A DNA stretch of 64,000 nt. It comes from Mobula hypostoma (taxonomy: Eukaryota). Shown in pieces: positions 36,898-50,657 of this stretch (its first letter is position 1; every line of letters starts with the position of its first letter). The translations under genes were made by a program, and so were the position numbers. The stretch covers positions 19,654,001 to 19,718,000 of the forward strand of contig NC_086108.1 in NCBI RefSeq assembly GCF_963921235.1. Reading direction: 5' to 3'. The notes beneath the pieces were generated by a model. That model was not told where the DNA came from, searched no databases, and saw nothing but the letters and a program-made list of their open reading frames with translations.

Positions 36898-39734
36898 TCA
36901 TATCCTGTATGTCTGACTGAGTAGGGTTGGGTGAAATTTTTTGAACAGCGCAGGATGAATCTACAGTGGAAAGGTATTTGTTAGAGAATTTTGAAAGTTG
37001 ATGTGAATGTGCCTGGAAATGAGGAAAGATGAATCATTTGAGATGGGTTGAATAGGACTTTTGTCTGCTTTTAACTCCAGATTGTAAGTATAGGCAGCAA
37101 CATCAGCAGCAGATTATCCTCAACACCAGCAAGACTGCATCCTCAGCCCCTTCTTTACTCCCTGTACACGGACAACTGTGTGGCCAGATTCTGCTCCAAC
37201 TCCCGTCTACGAGTTTGCAGGTGACTGCACAAATGATAATAAACAATTTTTTTGAGGGGGAAGGGGTTCTGACAAGAAAGCAACAAAACAAAAACACTGG
37301 GCCCTGAATGCTGACCCTCAAAAGTTTTTGGATTTTTCAACCAGTTCAGTGATGCCCCTTTTGGAAAGGAAACAACTGACCATTACTAATCTTCCTTTGG
37401 TATAACATCAGTCTAATTGACTCTTCACCACTGTGTGAATGTACTGCCTTGCTTGGGCATTGGCTTACGAAGGTGAGTAATCATCACAGAAGTCAGACAA
37501 ATGCTCGAACCCTGGTAGCTGAGCCCTCCAGTGTGGAAGGACCATTCTCGATGTATGCAATGCTGGAAATTTGACAAGGCGAGGGGGTTTATGGTGGATG
37601 AAGCTGGGGGTGGTGATAGACATTCAAGCTGAGGTTACTTGAGTGGGGGTGACTAATGGGTGTATTTGCTTTACTGACACCTTTGATAAGTCATAGTCAT
37701 ACTTTATTGATCCCAGGGGAAATAAGTCATTAATTGAGCAACGGAAGACAAGAAAATTAATCAGTTGTCCTCTCACAGATAAATTTGGTGCTTCCTTGAA
37801 AAGGCCAACCACTCTGGAGTTGTCTATACCTTAACAATCATGCTAGTTTTCCCCAGAGGTCAAGATGATGAGGTGGCAGAGTTCTCAGAGCAAAGCTGTT
37901 CCTGAAACAGCTGTTCCATGTGCAAGTGCCTATTATAAAAATATTTGCAGCCTTGCATTGCCACAAAGTCTACGCAGCAAAATCAAGTTCAATGTGAGCT
38001 TAAGTGCGTGACACAAAATTGCTGGGCTGGATGTGAGGTTGTTTCAAGTCCCGGTGAAGGAGTTTCAGTTGTAAACCCCCTGCAAACAATGCAGCATCAT
38101 GTGTTGAAAAACTTATCTTGTTTCAGGGTTTTTATTTAGTACTTTTGGAGTCTTGTATTCCACTGGCTAGAAACATTTGGCCCACCACATCACTCGAGCT
38201 CATGGGCATTCATCCTCCCTTCCAGCACTCGACCATCTAGATATTAGCTCATTCAGACACTTCCAAAATGCTGTCAGTGACTGTGCTCCCGCCATTCTCT
38301 CAAGCAGTGCACTGTGGGTGAAAAGTACCCCCTTAGATCCCTTCTAAATCTTTTGCAAAACACTTAGAATAATAATTATTATTCATCTCTATGCAGTCCA
38401 AACATCTAGTTCTCCACAGTCTCTGGTGTTGGAATCATCCCGGGGTGGCGAGGTTGTGGGCGTGCAAGTAAGCTTGGTACCACAGGAAAATCTGGCCTAA
38501 TTCTTAGTGACCAGCTCACTTCCTTGTGTTTCTGTTTTTCTCCCTGCTGAGTATTTTAGCTTTCCCTGCATAATCAATTAAGGAATTAACTCCTCTTTTT
38601 TAAAAAAAGTTATTGTTCTGTGCAATATACAGATGAAATGACTCCTAAGCATCACAAATACTGAGATTTCAGATCTACCCAGCCTGGGATGGGATTGTGA
38701 TCTTGTGCTCTGTTCCACATGAGGTTACAAGACTTGTCATTTCAGTTGGAACAAACCAAAGGTGCTACTTTTTTATTTACATCTGTAATCATTTTGACAG
38801 CTTCAGTTTCTAACATCTGCCAACATCTTTGCAAACATCTCTGCTCTGCATTTTCTCGAGTGCCTTTCCTGAAATGTGAATAAATCTCTCTGCAGTGCTC
38901 AAATGTTGCCCAATCAATGGTTTATACAGTTACAGCACAACTTCCTTGCTCTGAGATCTAATAAAGGATGGTATTATCTTTATCGTACCTATAAAGGATA
39001 GACCCGGAAGAAGGAGATAGACCTGGAAGAAGGGGCTTGACCTGAAACAGCAACAGTTTCTTCACTTCCATAGATACTGTCTCATCTGCTGAGTTCCTCC
39101 AGCATTTTGTGTGTGTTATTCTGGATTTCAAGCATCGGCAGAATCTCGTGTTCTTCTTTATCTCTCTGCCTTTTTCAACTACTTTACTGGAAGCACTGTA
39201 AGATTTCAATGGATTGTTTGGATCCCCCTAGAACTACACAGTCACTGTATCTACCTGGTGCAGCCTTGAGCCCAGCATCTTGGCACTCTGACTTTAGCCT
39301 GTCCAAAGCCCACGTTCACAGGCAGTCTCTCCAACGAAGACACGAGCGATCCATTGCTGTGTAAAGGGCAGTGCCTCGTCTGGTTCCCAACATTGCACTG
39401 TGAGCAAAGTCTTGGTGTTGGATCTGGAGGAACAAGACCACTGTAACAAACTAGGAATCTGAAGGAGAAAGTTGAATTGGGACTGGCGTACTTTGAAGAG
39501 TTCAGGAGCTACCTGTAATACCCTGATCAATAATAACCTTAAACTTTCACACAGAAACTGATCATGTGGTTATTTTCTCATGAACATTTGTATGAGAGGA
39601 CATGGAATAGCTAGAATCAACTTGTCAAAAAGCTTAATTGTATGTAAAGCACTGTGTGAGGTCTTGGGTAAATAAGAAGTGCTTCCATATGTACTTCTGT
39701 TTCGAATGGGGCATGGTTAAGAATTGCTGACTGA

Positions 39735-39980
39735 AGGGGCATCCATCATCAAGGACCCTCACCATCCAGCATGCACCCTCTGCTTGTTACAGCCACTGGG
39801 GAGCATGAAGATTCACCTTCTCTGATTCAGGAGCCATGTCTTCCCGTCCACCATTGTTGAATGATCCTACTTTTTGTGCTATTTATTTATTTTCATAATT
39901 TACATTAATTTTTGTCTTTGCACTGTACTATCGCCACAAAACAACAAATTTTGCATGATAGAAGTCTGAGAATAAACCCA
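39735..39980 (+). mobile_element. Rex/L2-type LINE 3' remnant
   Basis: ASIIKDPHHPA..L..LL..G motif followed by a tail ending AATAAAC. Confidence 0.55.
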
Positions 39981-40974
39981 AAGCCGATTCCACAAATATG
40001 GATACATAAGAACAAACCCACTCTAAAAATGCATTTATGTGGCAGCTACATAAAGACAGCAAACCTCAATCCAAGGAAGAGTGGTCCTCTGATCAAAGGC
40101 ACCTAGTGACAGCTCATTTTCAGTAACTCAAGTCTGATCAGGTGGCAAATAAAATAATGGTTTTCCTTTTTCCAAAAAATATGTTTTTAGTACCTGGTAG
40201 CAGGAACAAAAAATATTACTTTTTAATTTTAGATGGGGGTGAAAGATTTTTTTTAAATGAATCGAGTAAGGACGTGTGACTGAGTACGCCAAGTTCGCTT
40301 GGAACCCTGTAGCAGCACGTAGTGAGCTTATTGTTTTATTCCATATTATGGCAACATTCAGTCCTTCAGGGTTGCTGATTAGTATGCAGTCATTTTTAAT
40401 TAAAAATGAAATGCAGATCTTGTAAGTGCAATTTAAAAAATTTTGCTCCAAGGAAGAAAAATACGACATAGAAGTGGCCTTGTGAAAAACAAAGATAAAA
40501 TGGAGCATTTTCTCAAGGATGCTGCAGAGAGTTAAACAGTTGTGCAGCAGTACTGCTGGAATCCTGACAAAACTGCGTCTCCGTGATGGTCAGTTCTCAT
40601 CACTGGATCTTGCAATTGAAGCCAGGGGAGGCAACAAACATAATGATGGAGCTGAGGTTTCTGAACTTGGGTCAACTCCAAATACGAATGAGCAGCTTGA
40701 GGCTGTACTGCAATTCTACTGCATCCTTTGTTCCACACCACCTTGAATACCATGATGACAATTATTTGTCAGAGTCGTGTTAGACTGAGCACCCTGACTG
40801 AGGAAAGCAACGGACTCCTCCTCTTTTCAATGATTCATGCCTTTCAACTGTTCACCATTTCCAACAGCATGCATGAATGAGAACATGTTGTGTGACTAAC
40901 TATTCTCTATTTATAAACTGATCAGATTTGCACAAGATGGTGGTGAGGACGCATTTGGTAGATTGTGTTCCGTT

Positions 40975-41270
40975 TTGGTAACAGGGGGTGAATGAACACA
41001 GTTTTTTTTTACTAAGTTTGGGGAATCAAGAACTAGGTTTAAGATGAAAGGGGAGAGAGTTAAGAAAAACCTAAGGGGCATCTTTTCACCGAGAAAGTGG
41101 TCAGCTGTGGAATGGGCTGCTAGAAGAAGTGGGTGACACAAGTACAATAACAACATTTTAAAGGGTTAGGTGCATGAATAGGAAAGGTCTAAGGGGATGT
41201 GGGCCAAGTGTGAGCAAATGGGATTGGCTTACATGGACATCTTGGTTAGTAAAGACCAGTGAGGCAGTTG
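40975..41270 (+). mobile_element. Old CR1 3' end
   Basis: GESRTR.KMKGERVKKNLRGIFF...W remnant followed by CR1-like 3' UTR. Confidence 0.65.
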
Positions 41271-41337
41271 TGTGCTGTTTCGACGACTCCCAAGTACCTC
41301 ATCAGACAGGAAAACAAAACCCACTGTAAGAACACAC
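41270..41337 (-). ncRNA. Candidate type III hammerhead ribozyme, probably partly decayed
   Basis: Minus strand: GUGUGUUC-U-U / ACAG ugggUUUUGUUUUc CUGU / CUGAUGA / GGUAC uuggga GUcGUC / GAA / ACAGCACAC. Core boxes are intact, stem I is 4 bp, stem II is 5-6 bp with a G10.1-C11.1 closing pair, and stem III pairs 8 of 9. Confidence 0.6.
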
Positions 41338-44244
41338 CGGACCACACCATTTCCCATACTGCACAGCATTTGTGCCTCAAGCAGAGAATAATGATCATGT
41401 AACCTTTCAAGCTCCACCTTCTGACCTGTCCTTCTATCTTTTAAGGATCTCTAAATGCTCACTTTGTCTTGCCACCTTTCCATTTATTATGTCGTCCTTG
41501 CCTTTTTGCACTGCCCCAGATGCATTGCCATGTACTTGATTAAGTTTTATTTGTTAATTTTTCTACTAATCAAGCAGCCTAAATTGAATAATGCTGTCAT
41601 TATCCATCCCTCTAAATAACGACTCTTTTATGACTGATTTCCATTGGTGCTCTTGTTCTTGGGTGTTGTCCTTTACTCTGAAGCAGATACCAAAATGTGC
41701 TGCCAAGTCGAAACAGACTCTCCATGTTCATCCTATAAAGTTAAAATAAAGCAAACGAGCAAGAACTTCAAAGATATTGCGATCTCTGTTGGCTCACTTA
41801 ATAGCCTCCCTCCAAGTTGTGCTCTCTGTTCTTTCATCTATGTAAATCTTAGTTATTGCACCTTCTCTGGTGTCTCCGTATGCTTTGAGTAGGGTTTTTT
41901 CATGATGGGCAATATTTGCTCACCACTCAAGTTTGTTCTCTCTTGCTCTTGGCCAAGAATTTTGGGGACATATCCTCTCAGTGTGTCTATCACATTCATC
42001 CATTTGGCACATGGCACCATTTTCCTTGAAAGCCTTGGGCTCCCATGAAGGAACCAATAAAGATGACATTTGCCCCTTGTAAAGAAACTTGAGAATCCCA
42101 AGGTTGCCAAGTACCTGTATGGAAATTCCTGCAGGAAGGTTAAGCTGTTAGGTTGGATGACAGCCCCTAGTCTAAAAGCTGGAGGTTGATTTGTAGTGTG
42201 TCTGTGGGTACTGTCTAGCTATGGAATATTCTTACTTGCTGAGTCTGTAAAAGATTCCCACGATCTTAAGTTTCCCGTAAACCATTCACATCAATGTTTC
42301 TCTTTGAGGAAACAGTTTAATCTCCTGAACACAACTAAATAGACACAACCCTGTAAAGGGTTGCACCAGGTGTGTTCTGCATTGCTTTGATAACAAGACA
42401 ATTACATGGTTATAAGTTGTGGCCAAATGCATTTTTCCAGCCTCCTGATTTCACTTTTCACCATTGTCATGTCGGCTGAAAGCATTGTGCTTCTCAATTA
42501 GTGCCAATAAACTTATTTTGGAACAAAGTGAATTCTTACTAAATTGGAAACAGCTTTCACATTTTCTGTTGGTTTTTGCTACTTGTTCCAGATGCTCCTG
42601 CGCGGTGCAGATCTTTCCTTCACTCCCATCTCGCTCATGTCTTCTGCTTGCCTTCCCACCCAACCACAGGCGGTTATGGCCTGTTTGCTCGGCTGCCCTT
42701 TCCAATGTACTCAGTTTCAACCAGGCACTCAGTCACCGCCTCATGCATGCCCCACCCATCCTCGTGCCTGATACACTCAATTCCCATTCTTTATTCTTAT
42801 AAATATGACCTTCAATTCTGAAGTCTCCTGCTCTCTAAGGGGACGTTTTCTTTTGTTGTCCTCACCTTTCCCTCCGTGGCTTATCTACATTTTCTTTGCT
42901 ATCACATTTTCAGTTAAGAGTCAGCAATTTGTATTGCGTGACAAGCACTCAAGTGATTTTTAAGTATGTAAATTCTGTGGTGCTGCATGGTGGCTGAATG
43001 AGTGTGCATGCTTTCCTTTCTTTTGAATGTGGGACTTGAAAACCACATATCATTAGATTCTCTCTCTCTCTCTCTCATCCCTTTGAGATATAGAGAGACA
43101 GTTACCCTCTGTTGATCCCTCGTGCTCCTGCTTTACCATTGCAGCAGGGTGCTCAAAGTGGCTATAAATCTCTTCGGAAATCTCCCATCATCCGTGAAGG
43201 TTGTTATCTGAGAGAAGTCACTCCTTTGTGAGGGCAAGGAACTGCCTGAGGCTAGGCAGTGAGGCCAGCCAAAGGAGGGAGATAGTTTCTAGAGCTTTCA
43301 GGAAGAAAAAATTAATTCTGATACATGGAAGAGAATTGGTTTATATTGTTTGTTTTTAGGTTGGGAAAGGTGTGGCAGGAGGTTTACTGGCATGCAGAGA
43401 TAGTGTGGGAGCAGAACACTTTTATGTTTTAACACTAATTTGCTGTCAATAGCAGCAAGTGGAATGCAGTGCTTTTTCTGACCACAGGGCATGCTGCAGA
43501 AGGTGGATTGATGTTGCTAACAAAGATTAGAGTTATTTCCTTCCGAGGTTGTTCTGAGATAGGGTTGTAATTACAGTGTATACCCATGACACTAACAAAT
43601 GGTTTCTAACAGCAGTCTTCCATTAAGATCAATTCAACTTGCATTCCTTTTTCTATGTCACAAAATGGAAGATCATTTGGAACACTAATGTACAAAGTGG
43701 AGTTGATTTTCAAGTGGCAGATTTTAAGGTGAGATGGTGGATTCCCAGGACAGGTTAAAATGAAATGGTCTTGTTGCACAGTGAGCAGTGGAGATGGGAG
43801 GAATTTAATGTTTTGGTTTCAGCTCTGCCAGTTTCACCGTTCTCCATGCATCAGTTGGTCAGAGGCTGTAGCCTACAAAGGAGAATGTAGACAGGGTTTG
43901 CTGTTCTGGGTTACTATCTTTGGAATAGGTAGCACAGAGATGAGATACCCAGTGTAAAATAAAATGGGTGGTACACAGCTCCAGCAACCGGATGTAGATG
44001 ATCTTTAAGTGCAGTTTAGATGTTTCCCCCAGGTGCTCAGCTGGTTTTCTCCCCACATCCCAAAGATGGGTGGGTGGTGGGTTAATTGCCAGCTGTAAGT
44101 TGCCCCGACTGCAGTTGTCCATTGTATCTGATGATGCCAGGAAACCTGTGCACCAGAGTTTTTAAAGTGGAAAAGCTGTTGCACTGGGGCAGTTCCGCTC
44201 TCTTGACCTCAGAGCTCTGGGTCCAGTGGTCACAAAATGGGGTT

Positions 44245-44424
44245 TGTTGTGTCCGTGCACAACTACGTATCAATTTAATAAAAACATGAACATGGGAGAT
44301 GGCTTTAACTGGTGTACTTGTATTGCATTGAGAGAGCAATGCCCATGCGTAGACAACAGATCAATACATAGTGCTTGGGGGGGCGGGTATCATTGCTCTA
44401 AAAGAAATAGATCCATACATTACA
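44245..44424 (-). repeat. 3' LTR of the Gypsy element (PPT AAGAGGGAGGAAA at 44437-44425)
   Basis: Aligns with 50658-50835 and has a purine tract immediately before TGTAAT on the minus strand. Confidence 0.88.
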
Positions 44425-47400
44425 TTTCCTCCCTCTTTAGATTAATGCAACATAAAGCTGTATATATATACAAAACATTTGATTTCCTTTTTGTATACCC
44501 ATATTCCAAATAAACATGCTTTCACAATAACAGTCCACAACCAACTTCACAGTTCCAAAGGTTCAGTCTTTTGGGTGGTGCTCTGTTTCTTTCAGGATGG
44601 CGTCTCTGGAGTGGCATTGGGTTTGGTGGGTGTCTTGTCTGATACAATGTTCTTGGTTTCCGGTGTCACCTTGCTGTGAGTGACATCATCACTGAGAAGT
44701 AAGTCCAGTGATTATAATGTGTCCATCTTGTTGGATGCAGTTGACTCGGGTGTGTCCTTTGGTTGAGCATCCAGTACCTGGTCCACATGATGTCTCCATG
44801 TTGGATCTCCAACATCCACAGTGTACATCAGTGGTCCAGTTCTTCTAGCTATCCTACCGGGTGTCCACTTGTCGTCTTGGTAATCATGTGCTAGGATTTC
44901 TGGTCCAGTCCAGAAGCTCCTCGCTGCTTCACCTGGCAACTGACTGAACTGTTTATTCTGCACTTTCCTCTGGAGGTCTAGATCCAGGAGGTCTATGAAA
45001 GATCTCAGATTCCTGCTCATGAAAAGCATTGCAGATGTTTGATTTGTCGTTACATGAACAGAGTTCCGATACACATAAAGGAAGTTGTCCACCTTGTGCT
45101 GTAGATAAATGTCCTCCTTGTCCATCGCTTTAGTGGACTTCTTGAAGGTTTGGATAACCCATTCATTGCTGGGTGTTGAGGAGCTGACTTGATGTCATTT
45201 TTCTTCACAAACAGTTGGAATTCTTCTTATGTGTATTGTAGTCTGTTGTCACTCACAATTTGTTCAGGTAAGCCGTTTCTGGTGAAGATAGTCCTCAGAG
45301 TGGAGACGGTCTTTGTTGAGGTGGTTGATTTCATTGGTATAACCTCCAACTACTTTGAATGAGCATCCACAACAATCAGAAACATGGAGTCCATGAATGG
45401 CCCAGTGAAGTTAATATGTGCTCTTTGCCTTGGTGAAGACTGCCGCTCTCACAAGTGTAACAGTGCCCAGGGTGCATATTTTGAACTTTTTGGCATCCTA
45501 AACAGCTTTTGGCCAAGTCTTCAATCTGTTTATCTATTCCCGGCCACCTCACGTAGCCCTGGGCAAAACTCTTCATCTTGACTGTGTACCCAGTGTCCTT
45601 CATACAGATTCTCTAACACTCTGGTGCACAGTTTAGAGGGAAACACAACATGAGATCCACACATCAGCTTTCTTTGACATATTGACAGTTGGTCTCATCT
45701 CGCTGAGAACTCTGGAAACATAGGGTTACCATGAGCTGGCCATCCTTGTGTGGTGATTTCATAAGCTTTTGACAATGTCAGCTCATTCCTTGTTTCCCTT
45801 TGAATTTTGGAGTCTGTTACCGGTAACTGGTTCACCAACACGGTGTGGAACACTTCTGCTGGGTCGCATTATGAAGAAGACTTTTCTTCAGATGCCAGTT
45901 GTGGAAGACGTGACAAGCCATCAGCGTTTGTTACCCTTGAACGTTATGTCATAAGAGTGGGCTCCGAGGAATAGAGCCCAAAGTTGTAACCGGGTAGTAG
46001 TCATCACTGGAATTCCCTTCCTGGGATCGAAAGTGGACACAAGGGGCTGGTGATCTGTCATTATTGTCGACTTTTGTCCATAGAGGTAGTGGTGGAATTT
46101 CTTTATTCTCCATAAGGGCCTCTTGGTTGACCTGTGCGTAGTTGTGTTCTGCACTTGTCAGTGACTTTGAAGCAAATGCAATCAGACATTCAGATCCATC
46201 TTTCATAATGGCTCCAATGCCATAAGGGGATGCATCACACTCCAGTGTACACCAGGTAGAGATGGATCGTAATGGACGAGCATTTCCTCAGATGTTATTC
46301 GTCTCTTTGTTTCTTGAATGCTTTTTCACATCTTTCTGACCATTCCCACTTTACTCCTATCTGTAACAGGGCATTCAATGAAATGTTTGGAAGAAACTGG
46401 TGGTAGTGGTTTAAAAGGCCCCCAAGTATAAACTAAGTTGTGATAAATTTTCTGGTTTGGGTGCCTGTAGCACTGCTTCAGTCTTCTCTTGTGACTTATG
46501 TAAGCCGTGCTTGTCAATGACATGTCCACAATATGAGATTTCATTCTTGAAAAACTCACATTTCTCTCTCTTTGTGCGCAGACCATACTCACTCAGCCTG
46601 GTAAGCACTTCACTAAGGTTCTGGAGGTGCTCTTCATTATTTTTGCCAATTATGATGAAGTCATCAGGGTAACATTGTGTTCCTGAGATATCTTGGAGCA
46701 CTTGGTCCATTGCTGTTTGCCTAATTGGTGGAGCTGATGTGACGCCAACAACGAGACGATTATACTGGAACAGGTCCGTGTGAGCATTGATTATCTGAAA
46801 CTTTCTGTTTGACGGCTCAATCTCCATTTACAGATAGGCTTGTGAGAAGTCAATCTTTGAAAATCCCTCCCCGCCTGCCAAGCATGCAAAAATGTCTTCT
46901 ATTCATGGCAGGGGATACTGCACATTATACAGCACTGGGTTGATGCTCACCTTGAAATCCCCACATATGTGAACGGCTCCAGCATCCCCTCTCTTGACCA
47001 TTGGGACAATGGGCGTGGCCCAATCGCTCCACTCAACCTCGGAGAGAATTCCAGATGCTTCCAAGTTCTGCAGTTTAGGACATAGTGCGTAAGGCACTGG
47101 ACGTGCTTTATGGAATCTTGGTGTTGCCATTTCAACCAGTTCAGTTCTGGACTTCATGCCCTTGAATTTACCATTCCCCTTCTCAACCACCTCATTAGCA
47201 TTAAGTAGCTATGCTATGCCAGTCTCTGGTTAGTGCTACAATTTGGGCTGCAGTTGCCAGTTGATGTCACATTAAGAGCTTTGATTGACTGCCACCCTAG
47301 TTGGATTTTTCTCAACCATTCGTGTCCAAAAAGTGCTGGCCCTCCACTTTTCAATACATAAAGCTCTAACTGTAGTGTTTGGCCTCCATATGTCACATTC

Positions 47401-47825
47401 ACCTTCAGTTTGCTTTTGGGAGACACTCTTTCACCTGTGCAGGTCTTTAGCATCACTGAGGTCTCCTCTGATGTAGCTTCGAAAACAGTCTGTTGTAGTC
47501 AGCCTCTGGAATTATGGACAAAGCTGACCCTGTGGCCAGTTCCATTTTCAGTTTTACATCAGGCACATCTAATATGATCCAGCTGATTATGTGATCTTCT
47601 TCAGTTATACTATACAGTTCTAGACATGACACTTCACCGTTGTTGGACTCTATGTTGTCTGATTCTGTTTTACATTCGGTAACTTTATGCATATGCTTAG
47701 TATTGTGTTTGAGACTTTTCACTCGGTTGTGCTTTTTGTCTGCCTTGCTCATTCTCTCCATGTGACCTTGTCTGTGACACTTTCTGCAGACTTTTTCTTT
47801 GAACCAATGGTTATTTGCACCACAG

Positions 47826-49802
47826 CGTACAAATTAGCCAGAGAAAGTGGCTCACCTGAGGACTGGGAGAAATTCAGAGTTCAGCAGAGGAGGACAAAAG
47901 GCTTAATTAGGAAGGGGAAAAAAGATTGAGAGAAAATTGGCAGGGAACATAAAAACTGACTGTAAAAGCTTTTATAGATATGTAAAAAGGAAAAGACTGG
48001 TAAAGACAAATGTAGGTCCCCTACGGACAGAAACAGGTGAATTGATTATGGTGAGCAAGGACATGGCAGACCAATTGAATAATTACTTTGGTTCTGTCTT
48101 CACTAAGGAGGACATAAATAATCTTCCAGAAATAGTAGGGGACAGAGGGTCCAGTGAGATGGAGGAACTGAGCGAAATACATGTTAGGGAAGTGGTGTTA
48201 GGTAAATTGAAGGGATTAAAGGCAGATAAATCCCCAGGGCCAGATGGTCTGCATCCCAGAGTGCTTAAGGAAGTAGCCCAAGAAATAGTGGATGCATTAG
48301 TGATAATTTTTCAAAACTCGTTAGATTCTGGACTAGTTCCTGAGGATTGGAGGATGGCTAATGTAACCCTACTTTTTAAAAAAGGAGGGAGAGAGAAACC
48401 AGGGAATTGTAGACCGGTTAGCCTAGCGTCGGTGGTGGGGAAACTGCTGGAGTCAGTTATCAAAGATGCGATAACAGCACATTTGGAAAGCGGTGAAATC
48501 ATCGGACAAAGTCAGCATGGATTTGTGAAAGGAAAATCATGTCTGACGAATCTCAGAATTTTTTGAGGATGTAACTAGTAGAGTGGATAGGGGAGAACCA
48601 GTGGATGTGGTATATTTGGATTTTCAAAAGGCTTTTGACAAGGTCCCACACAGGAGATTAGTGTGCAAACTTTAAGCACACGGTATTGGGGGTAAGGTAT
48701 TGATGTGGATAGAGAATTGGTTAGCAGACAGGAAGCAAAGAGTGGGAATAAACGGGACCTTTTCAGAATGGCAGGCAGTGACTAGTGGGGTACCACAAGG
48801 CTCAGTGCTGGGACCCCAGTTGTTTACAATATATATTAATGACTTGGATGAGGGAATTAAATGCAGCATCTCCAAGTTTATGGATGACACGAAGCTGGGC
48901 GGCAGTGTTAGCTGTGAGGAGGATGCTTAGAGGATGCAGGGTGACTTGGATAGGTTGGGTGAGTGGGCGAATTCATGGCAGATGCAATTTAATGTGGATA
49001 AATGTGAAGTTATCCACTTTGGTGGCAAAAATAGGAAAACAGATTATTATCTGAATGGTGGCCGATTAGGAAAAGGGGAGGTGCAACGAGACCTGGGTGT
49101 CATTATACACCAGTCATTGAAAGTGGGCATGCAGGTACAGCAGGCGGTGAAAAAGGCGAATGGTATGCTGGCATTTATAGTGAGAGGATTCGAGTACAGG
49201 AGCAGGGAGGTACTACTGCAGTTGTACAAGGCCTTGGTGAGACCACACCTGGAGTTTTGTGTGCAGTTTTGGTCCCCTAATCTGAGGAAAGACATCCTTG
49301 CCATAGAGGGAGTACAAAGAAGGTTCACCAGATTGATTCCTGGGATGGCAGGACTTTCATATGAAGAAAGACTGGATGAACTGGGCTTGTACTCGTTGGA
49401 ATTTAGAAGATTGAGGGGGGATCTGATTGAAACGTATAAAATCCTAAAGGGATTGGACGGGCTAGATGCAGGAAGATTGTTCCCGATGTTGGGGAAGTCC
49501 AGAACGAGGGGTCACAGTTTGAGGATAAAGGGGAAGCCTTTTAGGACTGAGATTAGGAAAAACTTCTTTACACAGAGAGTGGTGAATCTGTGGAATTCTC
49601 TGCCATAGGAAACAGTTGAGGCCAGTTCATTGGCTATATTTAAGAGGGAGTTAGATATGGCCCTTGTGGCTACGGGGATCAGGGGGTATGGAGGGAAGGC
49701 TGGTGCAGGGTTCTGAGTTGGATGATCAGCCATGATCATAATAAATGGCGGTGCAGGCTCGAAGGGCCGAATGGCCTACTCCTGCACCTATTTTCTATGT
49801 TT
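47826..49802 (+). mobile_element. Young CR1 LINE inserted in the Gypsy gag zinc knuckle
   Basis: ORFs 47937-48566, 48700-48930 and 48934-49608 form RT with few lesions. Tail TTTCTATGTTTC; 5-bp TSD CACAG at 47821-47825 and 49803-49807. Confidence 0.95.
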
Positions 49803-49902
49803 CACAGGAGGATTTGCCACTCCTGCGCCTATTTTCTATGTTTCACAGGAGGATTTGCCACTCCTGCGCCTATTTTCTATGTTTCACAGGAGGATTTGCC
49901 AC
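49778..49902. repeat. 3 x 41-bp tandem repeat spanning the CR1 tail/target junction
   Basis: ACTCCTGCRCCTATTTTCTATGTTTCACAGGAGGATTTGCC at 49778, 49819 and 49860. Confidence 0.95.
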
Positions 49903-50657
49903 ATCGGTAACATCTTTGGCTTTTTGTACCATTCAGGGATGTTTTGTGCATTTCACTTTCTAACCTCCTTTTCTGTAGCTCTGTTGTATCCTTTGCTGCA
50001 GTCTCTAACAGTATTGCCATGGCCAATGCCTGTTCTAAGGTTAGGTCTCTTTTGGACAGTAGCCTTTGCTGAGTGCTTTGACTGTGCATGCCACATACAA
50101 ACCTGTCCCTTAATGCATCAGAAAGTCCATTTCTAAAGTAACAGTACTGGGAAAGTTTGTGCAGTAATGCAATGTATTTCAGAAAGGCTTTTGACTGGTT
50201 CCTTTTGTAAAATATATCTCTCAACTATTGCCAGTGCTTCAGAGCTCAAGTGATTTTGTAATATTGCAACAATTTTGTTGAGCATCTTGCTTGTTGGTTA
50301 CTAAGTTGCGTAAGAGACTGTACATTCTTGCACCGATTAAGCTAAGAAGTGTAGGCGCTTTCTTTTGCTCCTCCATGTTGTTTGTGTTACAATACAGTTC
50401 AACCCTCTCAATATACAGCCTTTAAGAGCACTATCAAATTCGCCAACTTTCCCGACTGAAGCAATTGCCATGTAATTTTCACTTGAAATTCAGCGCGTCT
50501 TCCACTGTTACTATGCACTGTAGTCATGAGTTTGTTAGCGTCTGTGACAGCCTTCTCATGCTGTTTAACTCTTGCTGTTTTGCTCCATAAATATGCCATA
50601 ACTGTCGGTGCAGTTTGTGATATTTTCTGAAATTGGGGTTTGTAGTTGTTGCCAATT

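Noticed and set aside
49778..49902. CRISPR-like array
   Set aside because: The units are contiguous with no unique spacers, there are no cas genes, and the context is eukaryotic.
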